In this document: positions 21,080 to 33,275 of the stretch, piece after piece
Numbering within the stretch: position 1 is the stretch's first letter
How the letters are laid out: each line of letters starts with the position of its first letter
NCBI GenBank assembly: GCA_009103225.1
Contig: RHPI01003369.1
Span: forward strand, 1,454,017 to 1,518,016
From: Chlorokybus atmophyticus
Taxonomy: Eukaryota; Plantae; Mesostigma and Chlorokybus algae
DNA: 64,000 nucleotides
Reading direction: 5' to 3'
Position numbers and translations under genes: made by a program
The notes under the pieces: generated by a model
Told to the model about the DNA's origin: nothing
The model's database searches: none
Seen by the model: the letters and a program-made list of their open reading frames with translations, nothing else

Positions 21080-22090
21080 CCTCCCACTACTCAGCTTGGC
21101 CCTCGCAAACCAGCCTTTAAAAATCGGCGGCGGACGAGGTGGCAGCTCCCGCTTGTAAGCTTTAAGGAGCGAGACATGAAAAACGGGGTTAAACAGGGTT
21201 GAACTCCTTTGGCTTCCCAGCAGCTGCCTTGCTTGCCGGCAATGTTGCTACGGGCTTGGAAGAGCTATTCTCCTCTGAAATCCCAAGCAACTTCAAACCC
21301 CGCTGCTGATCAATGTTGAGGTTTTTATGGTAATTTTCTGCCGTCTCAGCCACCTTAAAGACATTCGCAAGCATGTACATGCCGAACTCTTCCTGAATGG
21401 TCAAAATCCACCTTTAGCCTCAAGTCCGCCTCTAGTTGTTAAAGGTACACGATTGCTGCGGTCGGATTAGTCATCACCTTGTAGTCCGTGTCCGTCAAGA
21501 GCTTGAGCATGCACGTATACATCATCCTCGCCATCTCCGCAATATTGCGTTTAAAGAAATGCAGCTCACGAACATTGGCGGTGTTGATTGTGGGTAGACC
21601 TACCTCAAGAGCGTCTTGAACTTAGTGACGGGCTGCTCCTTCTTCCACTCCGCTTCAAACGCAGCCGGTACGCCGAGCCGCAACGCCCTCTTCGTCACCT
21701 CCAGCTGCTCCTTGAACTCTTCCCACGTGCCAAGGGCTCCTTGAGGAATAGAGGCAACATCTTCAAGGCTTTGTACTCGTCCCACCCCGACTTGTCTCAA
21801 TACTCCCATTTAACCATCTCGAGTGGAAGCGGTCGATGAAGTCCCGTAGATCCGTCGTGCCAGGCCTCCCACTGAACTTCGGTGTGCTATCTATGGTTGA
21901 CGCTGAATCAGGCATCACTGCACCGTCCTCCTCGATGTTGGACTCTTTATCACTCGACAACTCCACCTCTTCGGCAAGGCCCTCCTCCACCGGAATGATC
22001 CTTCCTTTTTGCTCCGCTTTTCGTGGGCGGCTTGGGTGGGCACTGCCAGTCCTCTTCAGATCTCGTGGGCATGAACTCGCCTGCAACTTG
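21080..22090 (-). mobile_element. Ty3/gypsy relic: gag-like region fused directly to the integrase C-terminal tail
   Basis: PKFSGRPGTTDLRDFIDRF..TWEEFKEQL (gag-like), then FNPVFHVSLLKAYKRELPPRPPPIF (GPY/F motif), then LVCEGQAE*WE up to the copia LTR. Confidence 0.7.
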
Positions 22091-22621
22091 CTTCTTCCTT
22101 AAGCAAACTCAGCTGATGGGTTGGATGCAAGTAAAAGTTGCATGTCCCCTTGCCAATAATAGGCAAGATGACCACAACTTAACTTGCAATCCGCCGTTCC
22201 GTCTTGTAGAGCAATCCAAACTCAATCCTCGCTCAAAATGCATGCTAAGGTAGCCCATACGGTGCGTTAAAGTCGCAACAATGACACACACTCTTCATGC
22301 ACAGCAACGAACACATGCACACACACCATTCATGCAAGCATATGCACAAGCATGCGCTCAGCTAAAAACCTCTTCCCAAAGGAGTTGTTTGCACTCTAAT
22401 CTGCCAACTTGCATCCAACCAAACTAGGAAACAAGCTAGCATAGCCTTATATAGCACCATTGAGCTCAAGCCCAACCAACTCTCCGACTACCCTAACAGT
22501 CCTGATGGCGTTGATAAGTAACGGTAGACGATTGGGAAAGGCTTATCTAAGCTCATCTTCTTCAAGTACACTTTAAGACGCTTCTTTTTACGCCAACCCA
22601 CGGCCTAACCGCCACTCCAAC

Positions 22622-22890
22622 TGTAAGTTATGGCTTCATTAAGTCACAACTACAATACAACTGCGCGGGATACTATAATGGCTGATATATGCTGTCAGCT
22701 CGATATCGGTATACTGCATGGTATTTAACTATAGACACGCCTCGAACACACCTCCCTCACGTCCATGAGGACCCAGACATCAATTCTTAGCGAAAACCCA
22801 ACACACAAACCTTGTAATTTGGCTATGAGAGCCAAATCTCAAGGTCCATCCATGCCGCCCGCCCCGAGGGCACCATGCACATGACACTAC
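22622..22890 (-). repeat. Possible 5' LTR of the gypsy relic
   Basis: On the minus strand it runs TGTAGTG...CTTACA and is followed by gtTGGAGTGGC (PBS-like position). No second copy was found. Confidence 0.3.
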
Positions 22891-22899
22891 ATGCTCGCG

Positions 22900-25800
22900 C
22901 ATAACAGTAGAAGGGTCTGATCAACCCTTGCACGGCCTACGCTCTGATATAGCATTGCTAAGGTAGAGAACTCAGCGTTGTTTATAACATGGTTTGCCAT
23001 CGAGACCTGAGCAAGGGCAGGCGTGGCGTGGTGGAACCTGATGCGACAACTATAAGGAGGAAACAAGGAGTATTGAAACCCTGCTGACAGCACGAGGAGA
23101 AGGATGGTGTTATGTAGGAAAGCACCAAGTCCGTTGGAGCAACACATTTGTGGGAACGTTGAACGGAGTGAGTTAATGTGGGTAAGCTTGCAAGAAGAAC
23201 TTGGAGTTCAAGGTCAAGCTGCCCGCGTGGGAGTGTTAAAGGCTATAAGTTGTTAAAGGTACATGTATAGGCGGCGCCTACATGTAGTTGGTACGATCAG
23301 CTTAACCTTAATGGTTATGGGAGTTATAAGAGTTATCGGAGTTACGGCGGTTACGGTCAACCATGGTCAACTTAAGCTTTGACTACTAATTATGACCAGT
23401 AACTTTGACTGTTGACTAGTGTTGACTAGTGTTGACTTTGACTAGTGCTTAATAGCATAGTACATAAGACACTATATACTGCTTGATACAGTGGGTCGCA
23501 CATTGTCTTTGTAGGTGGCGTGCTTGCTGCTTTTCTCCTTAGTGTGTGCACACTTGTATGTGGAAGGCGCATACACACACACTAGGCGCATTACTTCTCA
23601 ACAGGTTACGGGCCCACACTCGCTTGTGTGATTGCTTGTGCTAGTGAGAGAAAGTGCATAAGAGCCTACTAGTAGAGTGTTTTTGGGGAGAGAGTGAGTT
23701 GTACTATTGTGTAGCAAGCAATGGCTGACACATATAGGATCCCCTTCAAGTTCCTTGATCTGCACAACTATGCGTCGTGGTTGGTGAAGATAAAATTGGT
23801 GCTGATTTGCAAGACGCTCTGGAGTTTTGTGAACCCCACCTCCTCCACATTATTACGACCAAGAACGGGTGAAACTAGCTCCTGGACAGTGCACTCACAA
23901 TCAGCTCTTGCGCTGATAGGCTTGCACGTCAAACTTCCATCTCCCACTTATTGCGGATTGCAAAACTGGACGTGAGGCGTGGGAGGTCTTCGACACCTTC
24001 TTCAAGGCCAAGCAGCAATGCGCGCAAATTGCAGTTGAGGTGCAAGCACACACTCTTACTGGAGCACAAATAATCAATCCTGAAGTATATCTCGCATGCA
24101 AGGGAGCTTTGGCAAGACCTTGCGGCAGTGAGCCTCAATGTGAAGGAAGAAAAGGTGATGTGGGCAGTTTAGGCTGGCTTAGATAAGAGCTTTACTACGC
24201 TAGTAAGTGTGTTGAAGTCCTTTGATGCTGCATTGAAGTTTGCGGATGTCGTTCCTAAGTTACTAGCCTTCGAAGCAAAGGTGGAGGATGTGAACGGGGT
24301 TGGAAAGGAAGGTGGTGCAATTGCTTTTGCGGACTCAACCTCTCAGCACATCCGAAGCAAGCACAAGGGAGGCACAGCACATCGCAGTAGGGAAAGCCAC
24401 TATTGCAAGATAAAGGGCCACTTCATATGCAATTGTCAGAAAAAGATGAGGCAACCAAGGAGGAGCACGCCACGATGGCGATCGCTTTTTAGCATTGGTG
24501 AGGACCTCAAGGAGTCGCAGTAGATGGTGTTTGTCCGTCCTCTCCCATTGCAAGGGCGCGTAAAAGATATGTGTAGACGGAGGTCGCAGAAACAAAGGTT
24601 TGTGAGAGTTACTGCTAGCCTATAAGTAGTTGCTGGTTGAGCTGCATGCACTAGAGGTTGCATTGCTGTAGAGTTGCTTCTGGTAGTATACAAGTGTGCG
24701 ATTCTGGTTGGAGCACTATACTAGACTGGCATCCAAGGACTGAGTTGTATAGCTAGCTAACAGGAGATGGGAGGGGTGCTTTCCTGGGTAAAAAGGTATA
24801 TGAGTTCATGAAGTGCATACATTGCGCGCCCATGAACTCAAGAACTCGTTAATGAGTTATGAGACTCTTGTGCTCCTAGTGCCTTGGGCACTTGGGGGCA
24901 CAAGCACTCACCAGTGAGTTGTGAGTCACAAGCTTCTTAGCTAGTCGCTTGAAACCCTAGCGCGGCGGCGCCATCCTTGGCGAGGGTGGCGAGGGTGGTT
25001 TGGAGGAAGGATAGGAGGTCGACCTCCATGACCACCACACGGTCAAAAAGTGCCCGTGGCGATGGAGAGGACGTGGAAACCACGGCCAAGGCGGCTAGGC
25101 TTGACGCCAATAGATTGGCACGGGCTACAAGTCCGCGTCGCCACACCTTGAGTGAGGAGGAGGAGAAGAGCGGCGAGTGAAAAGAGAAGGGTGCGCCCCC
25201 CCCGTGGAGGTGGGAGAAGAGGAGGTGAACAAGGAGGGTGATGGTGACGAGGACGAGGACGAGGATGATGAGGACCCGCCCGTCGTCACTTACAAGCGTA
25301 AAAAGAGGGAGGCAAGCCCGCTCTCCAATGCTTCCACCCCGTCCATGACACCCACGGAGGCAATGGGAGGAGGTGGAGGAGTTGGAGGCGGAAAACATGC
25401 GCCTTAAGCGTGGGAAGGCGCCCGCCATCCCCCATGATGAGCCCGTCGACGAGCCCAACCACCCGCTGCTTGTGAGCATCCTTCGCCGCGACAAAGGCGA
25501 CTCCACTACACCCAATCCTCGTGCGGAGGCATTGGCCATTCGCTTTAGCGATCCCGCGGTCCCTTAAAAGGAGAACATCAAAAAGAGGGCTCGGCAACAC
25601 ATTGATGTGGCGGCTTGCATTGCCTCGGCGGCGGCCTCCTTCAACCGGGTGCCCTCTCACCTCGCCGAGGATCCCCACTTCGCCAAAGGCCGCAAAGAGA
25701 ACATGAAAGGTGGGCTTATTCTCTGTTGAGCATGGCCATTTGCACGAGCACACATGTAGGACACGCATGAGGGTGCGGACTTTACTCATGCAAACATGCA

Positions 25801-27377
25801 CATGCGTGCATCATCCGCCTTATGAAGGTGCGGGCTTGTCATCTACGTAGAGGCATATATATACATACATTGTTCCGCATCCCTCCTCCCCCCGTGTCCG
25901 GTAGGAGGGGGAGGGCCCGCACTTAACACCCTTGCATGTCCACCTCTATATTCACATTATGACTATTTATAGCAAGGTACAAGGTACCACAGGTTTGCAA
26001 TTACATTTGCATGTGGAAGATGGTGATGTTAAGCGGGTGCGCCTGGCGTTAAACCCAATGGCTTTAGCCTATGCATAAATGCCCGCAACCAGTGTTGCTC
26101 ACATGTGCTTTGCGCACCAGCATTGGACGAGGTGTGCACGCAGTTCCACCACGTGGAAGTGGCCAACAAGCATACTTGGAAAGCATATTGGAAAATGGTG
26201 GAGGAGCTCACGAGAGACCCTCTAGCTACGGACGATGCAGAGGCAAAGCGCCTTAAGAAGGCAATCAAGGAGGCAGCTGCGGGGCAGCCCAAGCCCAAGG
26301 CGAAGGCGGCCTACACTCCCAACAAGGGGCGGGGCCAGTACCCCCCCCGCTACTCCGGATCTGATGCATCTGGTGCGGNNNNNNNNNNNNNNNNNNNNNN
26401 NNNNNNNNNNNNNNNNNNNNNNNNNNNNNNNNNNNNNNNNNNNNNNNNNNNNNNNNNCCCCCCCCCCCCCCCCCCCCCGCTACTCTGGATCTTATGCATC
26501 TGGTGCGGGGCATACCAGGTACAAGACCGCTCCTATGCAGTCTCAGGCCGCATCCACGGGGGGCCAGCGTGATGCCCGCACCTGTTACAACTGTGGGGAG
26601 ACGTCTATCGACCCATAGCGACCCCCCAGCATGAGCTGTGTGTCGCATATAACTCGTGTGTGAGTTCTGATCAACCCTTGCACGGCCTACACTCTGGTTT
26701 AGCATTGCTAAGGTAGAGATCTCAGTGTAGTTTATATCATAGTTTGCCATGAGAGGAGTCTTTAAGACCACCTGAGCAAGGTCAGGCATGGCATGGTGGA
26801 ACCTGATGCGACAACTATGAGGAGGAAACAAGGAGTATCGAAACCTTTTAGCCCTGCTGACAGCACGAGGAGAAGGATGCTGTCATGAAGGCAGGCATAA
26901 AGTCCGTGAGAGCAACACATCCGTGGGAGTGGTAAGTGGAGTAAGTTACTGCGGGTAAGCTTGCAAAAAGAACTTGGAGGTCAAGCTGCTCGCGTAGGAG
27001 TGTCAAAGGTTATTTATTGTTAAAGGTACATATATAGGCGGCGCTTACATGTAGTTGGTACGATTAGCTTAACCTTGATAGTTACGCAAGTTACAAAAGT
27101 TACGGCGGTAATGGTCAACAGCCGTTACGGTCAACCATGGTCAACTTTAACTTTGTTCATTAACTTTGACCGTTGACTAGTGTTGACTTTCACTCAAAAT
27201 GACTAGAGTTGACTGGTGCTTAGCGGCATAGTATATAAAACACTGTATGTTGCTTAATAGAGTGGGCCGCATATTGTCTGTGTAGTTGGCGTGCTTGCTG
27301 CACTTGTCCTTGGTGTGTGCACACTTGTATGTGAGAGGCGCATGTACATACACTAAGCGCATCGCTAGTTCTTAACA
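22900..27377 (+). mobile_element. Tandem gag-only copia copies sharing an LTR; the second is interrupted by a DIRS-like insertion
   Basis: 3' internal region + PPT (22900-23233), LTR 23234-23603, PBS ggttacgggccc 23604-23615, decayed gag 23721-24490, internal region to 24796 resuming at 26667, PPT, LTR 27001-27377. Confidence 0.88.
24797..26666 (+). mobile_element. Internally deleted DIRS/PAT-like element with both termini, inserted without TSD
   Basis: Left end (T)ATATGAGTTCATGAAG; ORF1/gag to CYNCGE; right end TATCGACCC...GTGTGTGAGTT. The flanks rejoin to the copia sequence ..aaaagGTTctgatcaaccc. Confidence 0.85.
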
Positions 27378-27459
27378 GTAACAATTGCAAGGATGCATGT
27401 GATCATAAATGCACATATCATACACATCATGATGTATGTCTTTCTACCCATGGTTGTGC

Positions 27460-27627
27460 CTCGGGTTAACGCACTGGTAGTATATAAGACATTGTACCTG
27501 CTTAATACAGTGGGTCGCACATTGTCTCTGTAGTTGGCATGCTTGCTGCACTTGTCCTTAATGAGTACATAAAAGTATATGAGAGGAGAATACACACACA
27601 CACTAGGCGCATCACTAGTTCTTAACA
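27460..27627 (+). repeat. Partial copia-family LTR (R/U5 half)
   Basis: Matches 27225-27377 and ends ttcttaaca. Confidence 0.8.
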
Positions 27628-27649
27628 GACGCGCTCACCAATGCACTGG

Positions 27650-28070
27650 ATCACAGTGGTTGGACCTTGCAAACCCCATGGGTCCATTCGCCCGCCCATA
27701 GCTGAGACCTCACAATGTGGAGCGCTCCGCCAAAATACCAATGCTGTATTTGTGGCCTTCTACTCGGTGTTGCCGTGTCCGGGCTCATTGGGTAGTGCCT
27801 TTTTATTGCCATTATCGGGGTTGCAACAACTAGTACCATCCCCCACCGCACCGCATCGATGTGATTCTGTGTCATGTGCGCAAATGCAAGGCTCGCAGAT
27901 GCCTCATTGTATCTAAGTGGACCACCCAAACGTGATGGCGTAAGTAACTCTGCTTTGGAGGAGTGTGGGCGCCATTGGTCCTAAATGTTTGTAGCGTACC
28001 CAATGGCCCAGCCTCTTTGTGGCCTAGCCCATCAGTTACACGATTGCAATGATGCTTGTCCAATAGTCAT
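27650..28070 (-). mobile_element. Possible copia GAG-pre-integrase relic
   Basis: RLGHW.....L...L..RVT....ICEPCICA resembles the H..LGH...C..C zinc motif. Heavily decayed. Confidence 0.35.
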
Positions 28071-28570
28071 TATATGGGCATTGCGGATTGATTTTACACT
28101 TTAGCCATTGACACATGTTGTGTGCAACTATTCAGCGTAGTCTCCATTTGCTCATCCAAAGATGCTAACCATGAGTTAGCATCTATGAAAACCATGCGGA
28201 GATTGAGCACCAGCGTACCTTGTACCCGACAGTATCAGCGGCTTCGCGTGTTTTTGTAGCACATTATAGCACATATCATAGCACATTGCGGGACTTTGAG
28301 GGCTACTGGCATAATGAATGAGAATTCGCATGCCTGGTTGGGCAACCTTGCCGGCGGACCTTGCCATAATCGCCCTAATCGTTGACAAAGTGCTAATTGC
28401 TGATAGTCCTAGTCCTCTACCCTGGCACCTGTGAAGCATGCCTGAAAGGCCATGCATGCCATGACAGGCTAGACCTCGCCCATTGCAAGTACAATAATGG
28501 CAGTAGTGCGTGAGGCTGCTGCCCGGCTGCAACAAAAAAACACGCGAATGAAGGACGCTTGCACACCATT

Positions 28571-29460
28571 TATTGACCCATAGCAACCCCCCAGCATAAG
28601 CTGTGCACTGCAGATAACTCATATAATAGTTTCGAGTGTATGGGCGCATATTTTAGAAACTCATGTCAATTTCAAGTTCCTGTGGAATGATCAATCCTTA
28701 AATAGCAACATATAAGTCGTCACCTTGTTGCAGTGCTTTCACCTTGGCCATGCTCAGCCTTGGAGCTTGCAGCGAACCGCAAGTTGTCAGTGCATGGCAA
28801 TTCATGGATGCCTTATACACGCCAATGGCGCACCATTTTCTTCATCACTTTAGTAAACACAAAGCACGATGTGCTCGAACTAAATAGCTACGAGCGGAAG
28901 TTGTGCACCATCCACCCATAGCAATTCCCCAGCATGAGCTGTGTGTCGTCATATAGCTCGTGTGTGAGTTTGCTGCGGCCTCATGACCAAAACCGCAATA
29001 ATATTGCAATTTACAAAGTATGGAGCACAAAGTCATCCACTTAATCAATGCAGAGAAGTACTACATATAAAGCTAAATAAGTGTGTAAACACGGACCCGT
29101 TAAGGGGTTAATGGCCTCCTTGCCCTATAAAGGGCTTGCAAAAGTAGACACGCAGCTTAACCTCCCCGCATGTATAATCATAAAGTCATGCTTGCCTCCA
29201 ATAAGAGCGGTTTGAGACTGCATCGGAGCGGTCGTAAAGATGTTCGGCCCCGCTCTAGATGCGTAAGACCCTGAGTAACGGGGTGGGGGGTAGCCCCCCC
29301 CCTTGTCAGTAGTAGGCTTTGTCTTGGGTTTGGGTGTGCAGCGTGCATCTTGTTCACTGCCTTCCGCAAGCACAATGCGTAAGCATAGCTAGATGGGGGG
29401 TTGCATTCCACCTCATCCACCACCTTCCATGTCACGACTAACAAGCAAGGCATGCACTCT
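28571..29460. mobile_element. Scrambled DIRS-like relics (terminal motifs at 28571 and 28911-28970; RT 28733-28910 minus; gag 29125-29460 minus)
   Basis: Minus strand reads CFVFTKVMKKMVRHWRV*GIHELPCTDNLRFAASSKAEH and PKPKTKPTTDKGGGYPPPRYSGSYAS..TAPMQSQ. Confidence 0.75.
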
Positions 29461-29469
29461 CATGCTGCT

Positions 29470-30090
29470 AGGTTGACAGCATTACTGTACGGGAGTTCAA
29501 CTTCTTAAGGGTGTGCAATATTTAAGTGGTTCGCTCATACAGTTACTCCTTGAGCTCACAAGCATTGGGCAAGATGAACAATAGAAGGCAGTGATAAACA
29601 GCATGCACACAATTGAGCAGTGTACATGCCATCCGTATGCTACTGATGAGACATGTGTCACAATAATGTATTGTGTGCAATTCAATAGCTGGTAATAAAC
29701 ATGGATGAGGTGACATGTGTCACACCATGTTGGCATATACCTTTGGTATATGCTGGTACCTCTTGAAAGTAGGTATGGCCAAGTAAGTTTAATGTGTCAG
29801 CACAGTGTGGGCGAAAAGGTGTTGATGGTTGCTTAGCTTAATTATGGCCAAGTGGGAAGGCGTAGCGAGGAGTATGAAAGGCTAAGTCAGCATGGTGTTG
29901 GGGATTCAATTGAATAAGCCTAGTGCTCACTTGCTGTGTGTATAGGGTGCTTGGCTTAACTGGTGAAGGGGCCTTTCTTACCCTCTTGTGTGGGGGCGTT
30001 TTGAGGTGTTCTACATAGAATTTGGGTGTACATTTTGTGGTTAACGCCAGTAGTGATGAATAGGCGCCTTTGTTGGAGGTTAAGCATATG
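29470..30090 (+). repeat. Unclassified dispersed repeat, partner of 5975-6520
   Basis: See the 5975-6520 feature. Confidence 0.7.
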
Positions 30091-30132
30091 AGGTTTGCTA
30101 GTATAGTATGCTTATAGTATAATCAACTTGTT

Positions 30133-31093
30133 GATGTTACTTAGATTATGTGCAGCGGTTATACTATGGGAGTTACAGTCAACAGGAGTTATGGGAGTTA
30201 CGACAGTTATGGTCAACATTAACTTCGCCCGTAGACTGGTCTTGATTAATTTTTACTGGAGTCGACCTTATATGGAGTTGAATAGTTCTTTCTAGTGTTT
30301 ACTAGTCTAGAATATAAGTCACCGTATGTGGCGCATACAGGTGGAACTGCAATACATGTCTCTCTCGTATTGACATACTTATATGTTGCACTTGGTGTTC
30401 CCCTAATGTGTGCGCATGTATGAGGTAGGGCGCATACATGCACACTAGTTCTAGACAGGTTATGGGCCCACACATACTTAGGAGTGCATGAAGTTGTGGT
30501 TGTTGGTAGGGGAATAGGTTGCAAATTTGCGTGTAGTGGAGGGGCAACTGGTCCCGCAGGCATGGACAACATCAAGGTCACTATCGAGCCATTGGACGTG
30601 GACAACTACCATACGTGGAGCATCAGATGGAGTTGTTGCTAGTACACAAGGACATGTGGAAGTATGTGAACCCCGAGGAGAAGGTGCTATCAGGAAAAGA
30701 GGCAGTTTGGGCAAAAAAGGGAAGGCTTTAGCATTGCTGGGTTTGCACGTTGGTGAGCATCACTTGATTATGGTGAGAGAGTGCAAAGGTGCAAAATACT
30801 TGTAGGCAAAGCTTGAGAGCCACTTCTATGCCCAAAACATGGCGAGGAGGCTGCAGTTAAGGCAAGAGCTGAGTGCATTGCGCAAGGAGAGTGGAGAGAC
30901 TATCACCAAGTTTGTGGCGCGAGCAAAGGTGCTGTGGAAGGACTTGTTGGGTGTTGGGCACGAGTTGAAAAAACAAGAAGTAGTGTGGGTTGTGCTTTCA
31001 GGGTTGCAAAAGGAGTACATGGTAGTGGTGACCATTATGGAGTCTGCAACGGAAGAGTTAAGCCTTAATGGCGTGATACCACGGCTTCTTTAA
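30133..31093 (+). mobile_element. Second copia family: LTR (to 30457), half-tRNAiMet PBS (30458-30469), decayed gag
   Basis: ggttatgggccc; MDNIKVTIEPLDVDNYHTWSIR; ARRLQLRQELSALRKESGETITKFVARAKVLWKDL.GVG..VVWVVLSGLQKEY. The LTR start is approximate. Confidence 0.8.
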
Positions 31094-31742
31094 AAAGAGC
31101 AGCGCGTCCACAAAACTCCAGAGCTTCTTGCGGATCAGCACCAACTTCATCTTCACAGACCATGAAGTATAGTTGTGCAGATCAAGGGACTCGAAGGGGA
31201 TCTTATCCATGTCAGCCATTGCTTGCTACACAATAGTACCACTCACCCTCTTCCCAAGAACACTCTATTAGTAGGCTCCTATGCTCAACGATTTCTCTCA
31301 CTAGCACAAGCAATCACACAAGCGAGTGCGGGCCCAAAACATGTTGAGAAGTAGTGATGCGCCTAGTGTGTGTGTATGCGCCTCTCACATACAAGTATGC
31401 ATACATCAAAAACAAGTGCAGCAAGCACGCCAACTACAGAGACATTGTGCGACCCTCTGTATCAAGCAGTATATAGTGTCACATATATATGTATATACAT
31501 ATGTATATATATACATATATATATTGCTATTAAGCACTAGTCAACTCTGGTCAACTCCAATCAAAGTCAACATTGGTTAACACTAGGCAACGGTCAAAGT
31601 GAAAGTTGACTATAGTTGACCATAGCTGCCGTAACTTTTGTACCTCTCGTAACTCCCATAATTATTAAGGCTAAGCTGATCGTACCAACTACATGTAGGC
31701 GCCGCCCATACATCTACCTTCAACAACTCATAACTTTTAACA
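31094..31742 (-). mobile_element. Gag-only copia family fragment: 5' LTR (31342-31742), mutated PBS, gag start
   Basis: LTR homology; MADMDKIPFESLDLHNYTSWSVKMKLVLIRKKLWSF. Confidence 0.88.
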
Positions 31743-31975
31743 AATATGCTTTTGCCAAAACCATGATGCAAGCAGCGCAACGAACACTGCAATACTTGAT
31801 TATAAGCATTCATAGATATTTTAGCTCCCTCGACACTGTAAATGGGTTTGATATGCGGCTTTAAATGCGGAATGACTTGTTTTTATTGATTGCGTATACA
31901 ATATTGCAAGTGATGAAAACATGTTCTCCTGGTCATGAGTAGGTGGATAGTCACGCATATGGCACCATGAAAACA

Positions 31976-32095
31976 TGCATGCAATGAATCACACTACACG
32001 TTCTCCCCAAGCTGCTACATAACGCGCACTGAACAAATGCATGCAATGGATCACATTACAATTTCTCCCCAAGTTGCTACATAAGTGCGCATGAA
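31976..32095. repeat. Two-copy ~62-bp tandem duplication
   Basis: catgcaatg.atcaca.taca..ttctccccaag.tgctacataa is repeated. Confidence 0.75.
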
Positions 32096-33084
32096 GTCGT
32101 CAACAGTATCGTGGAGGTTAAGAACTTGGTTGGTGATGAGCTCTACCGCAGTACAACAACACACCACAACTTCCTATCCAAACTCGCACTGCTAGAAGTT
32201 TACAATAGTTGTCTCCCCTGAGCATAAGTTTGCACATGGTGTCCTTCATTACCACCTTTGTTGCTTGACCCTTGCTCTTAGTGTTCTCGCAAGTAATGCA
32301 ATGGCCCCCTTCACCAGAGTTTATAGTTCACCGCTATTCAGTTGCATCCAAGAATTGAGAGTCACTTGAACACGAGATTAGTGTCGTTGCTTAAGTTTAA
32401 ATGAATTAATGAGAACTTTACTTTTCGAATTGATCATAAGGTAGGTGGGAAAAAGTCCCTGATTACACTCCATATTAAACCCCCAGGCTTCAATACAAGC
32501 CCCCCCTCCAGAGGTTTTTTTTTTCAATAACAAGGGCTTATAGCTCTTGTAATATTATAAACTTAACATGGTCAACAACGGCATTGTTGCAATAATGAGT
32601 TAACTTAATAATGAAAACATGAGTCCCCAACTTGCCGACTGGTAAGCAAGATTTTGTCCAGATAGGTTGCCTTTCATTTAACCTTTAACCTTTCATTTAA
32701 GTTGAACCCTCATCATAATTATAGTTACTGCAAGTTTTACGTTTAACCATCTAACGATGTCTCTTTCGGCGCCTTATGTGTTGTTGCCCGATGATCGGAT
32801 GCTTCTCGTGTAACCGCATTGTGTGACAATATTAAGCGCATGATCAATGATGTAAACGCATGACTTCTGACTTTTCGTGGACCCCTCGCTGCGCTAAATC
32901 AACGCCTCCCATAAGGAACCTCGTACGCACAACTAGGTTCTATACCAATAAGTGTCCACTTTTTGAACGGCTCCTCTGACGGCCGCGTTACACGCGTTCA
33001 ACACATCGCGGCCGTTGCTACACATGTACTTTAATGTTGTTGATAATTATTGTAAATGGTGCCTATATGCACAAATACACACAG

Positions 33085-33275
33085 GGTTATATACATGTCT
33101 ATAAGTATGTACTTGCTTGAATGTGTATATCTATGTATATATACACATATATATTCAGATATACCAAATACACATGTGCATGTGTATGTACGTTTGATGT
33201 ATATATATATATGTATACATATATAATTGTATACACGACATACAATGTTTTATTGCAATATGTGTGCGTATGTAT
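33085..33275. repeat. TA/CA-rich low-complexity tract near the TE/gene boundary
   Basis: Repeated tata/taca/tgta units. Confidence 0.8.

Noticed and set aside
32950-33000. aataagtgtccactttttgaacgg as a possible DNA-transposon TIR
   Set aside because: No partner TIR or transposase was found.
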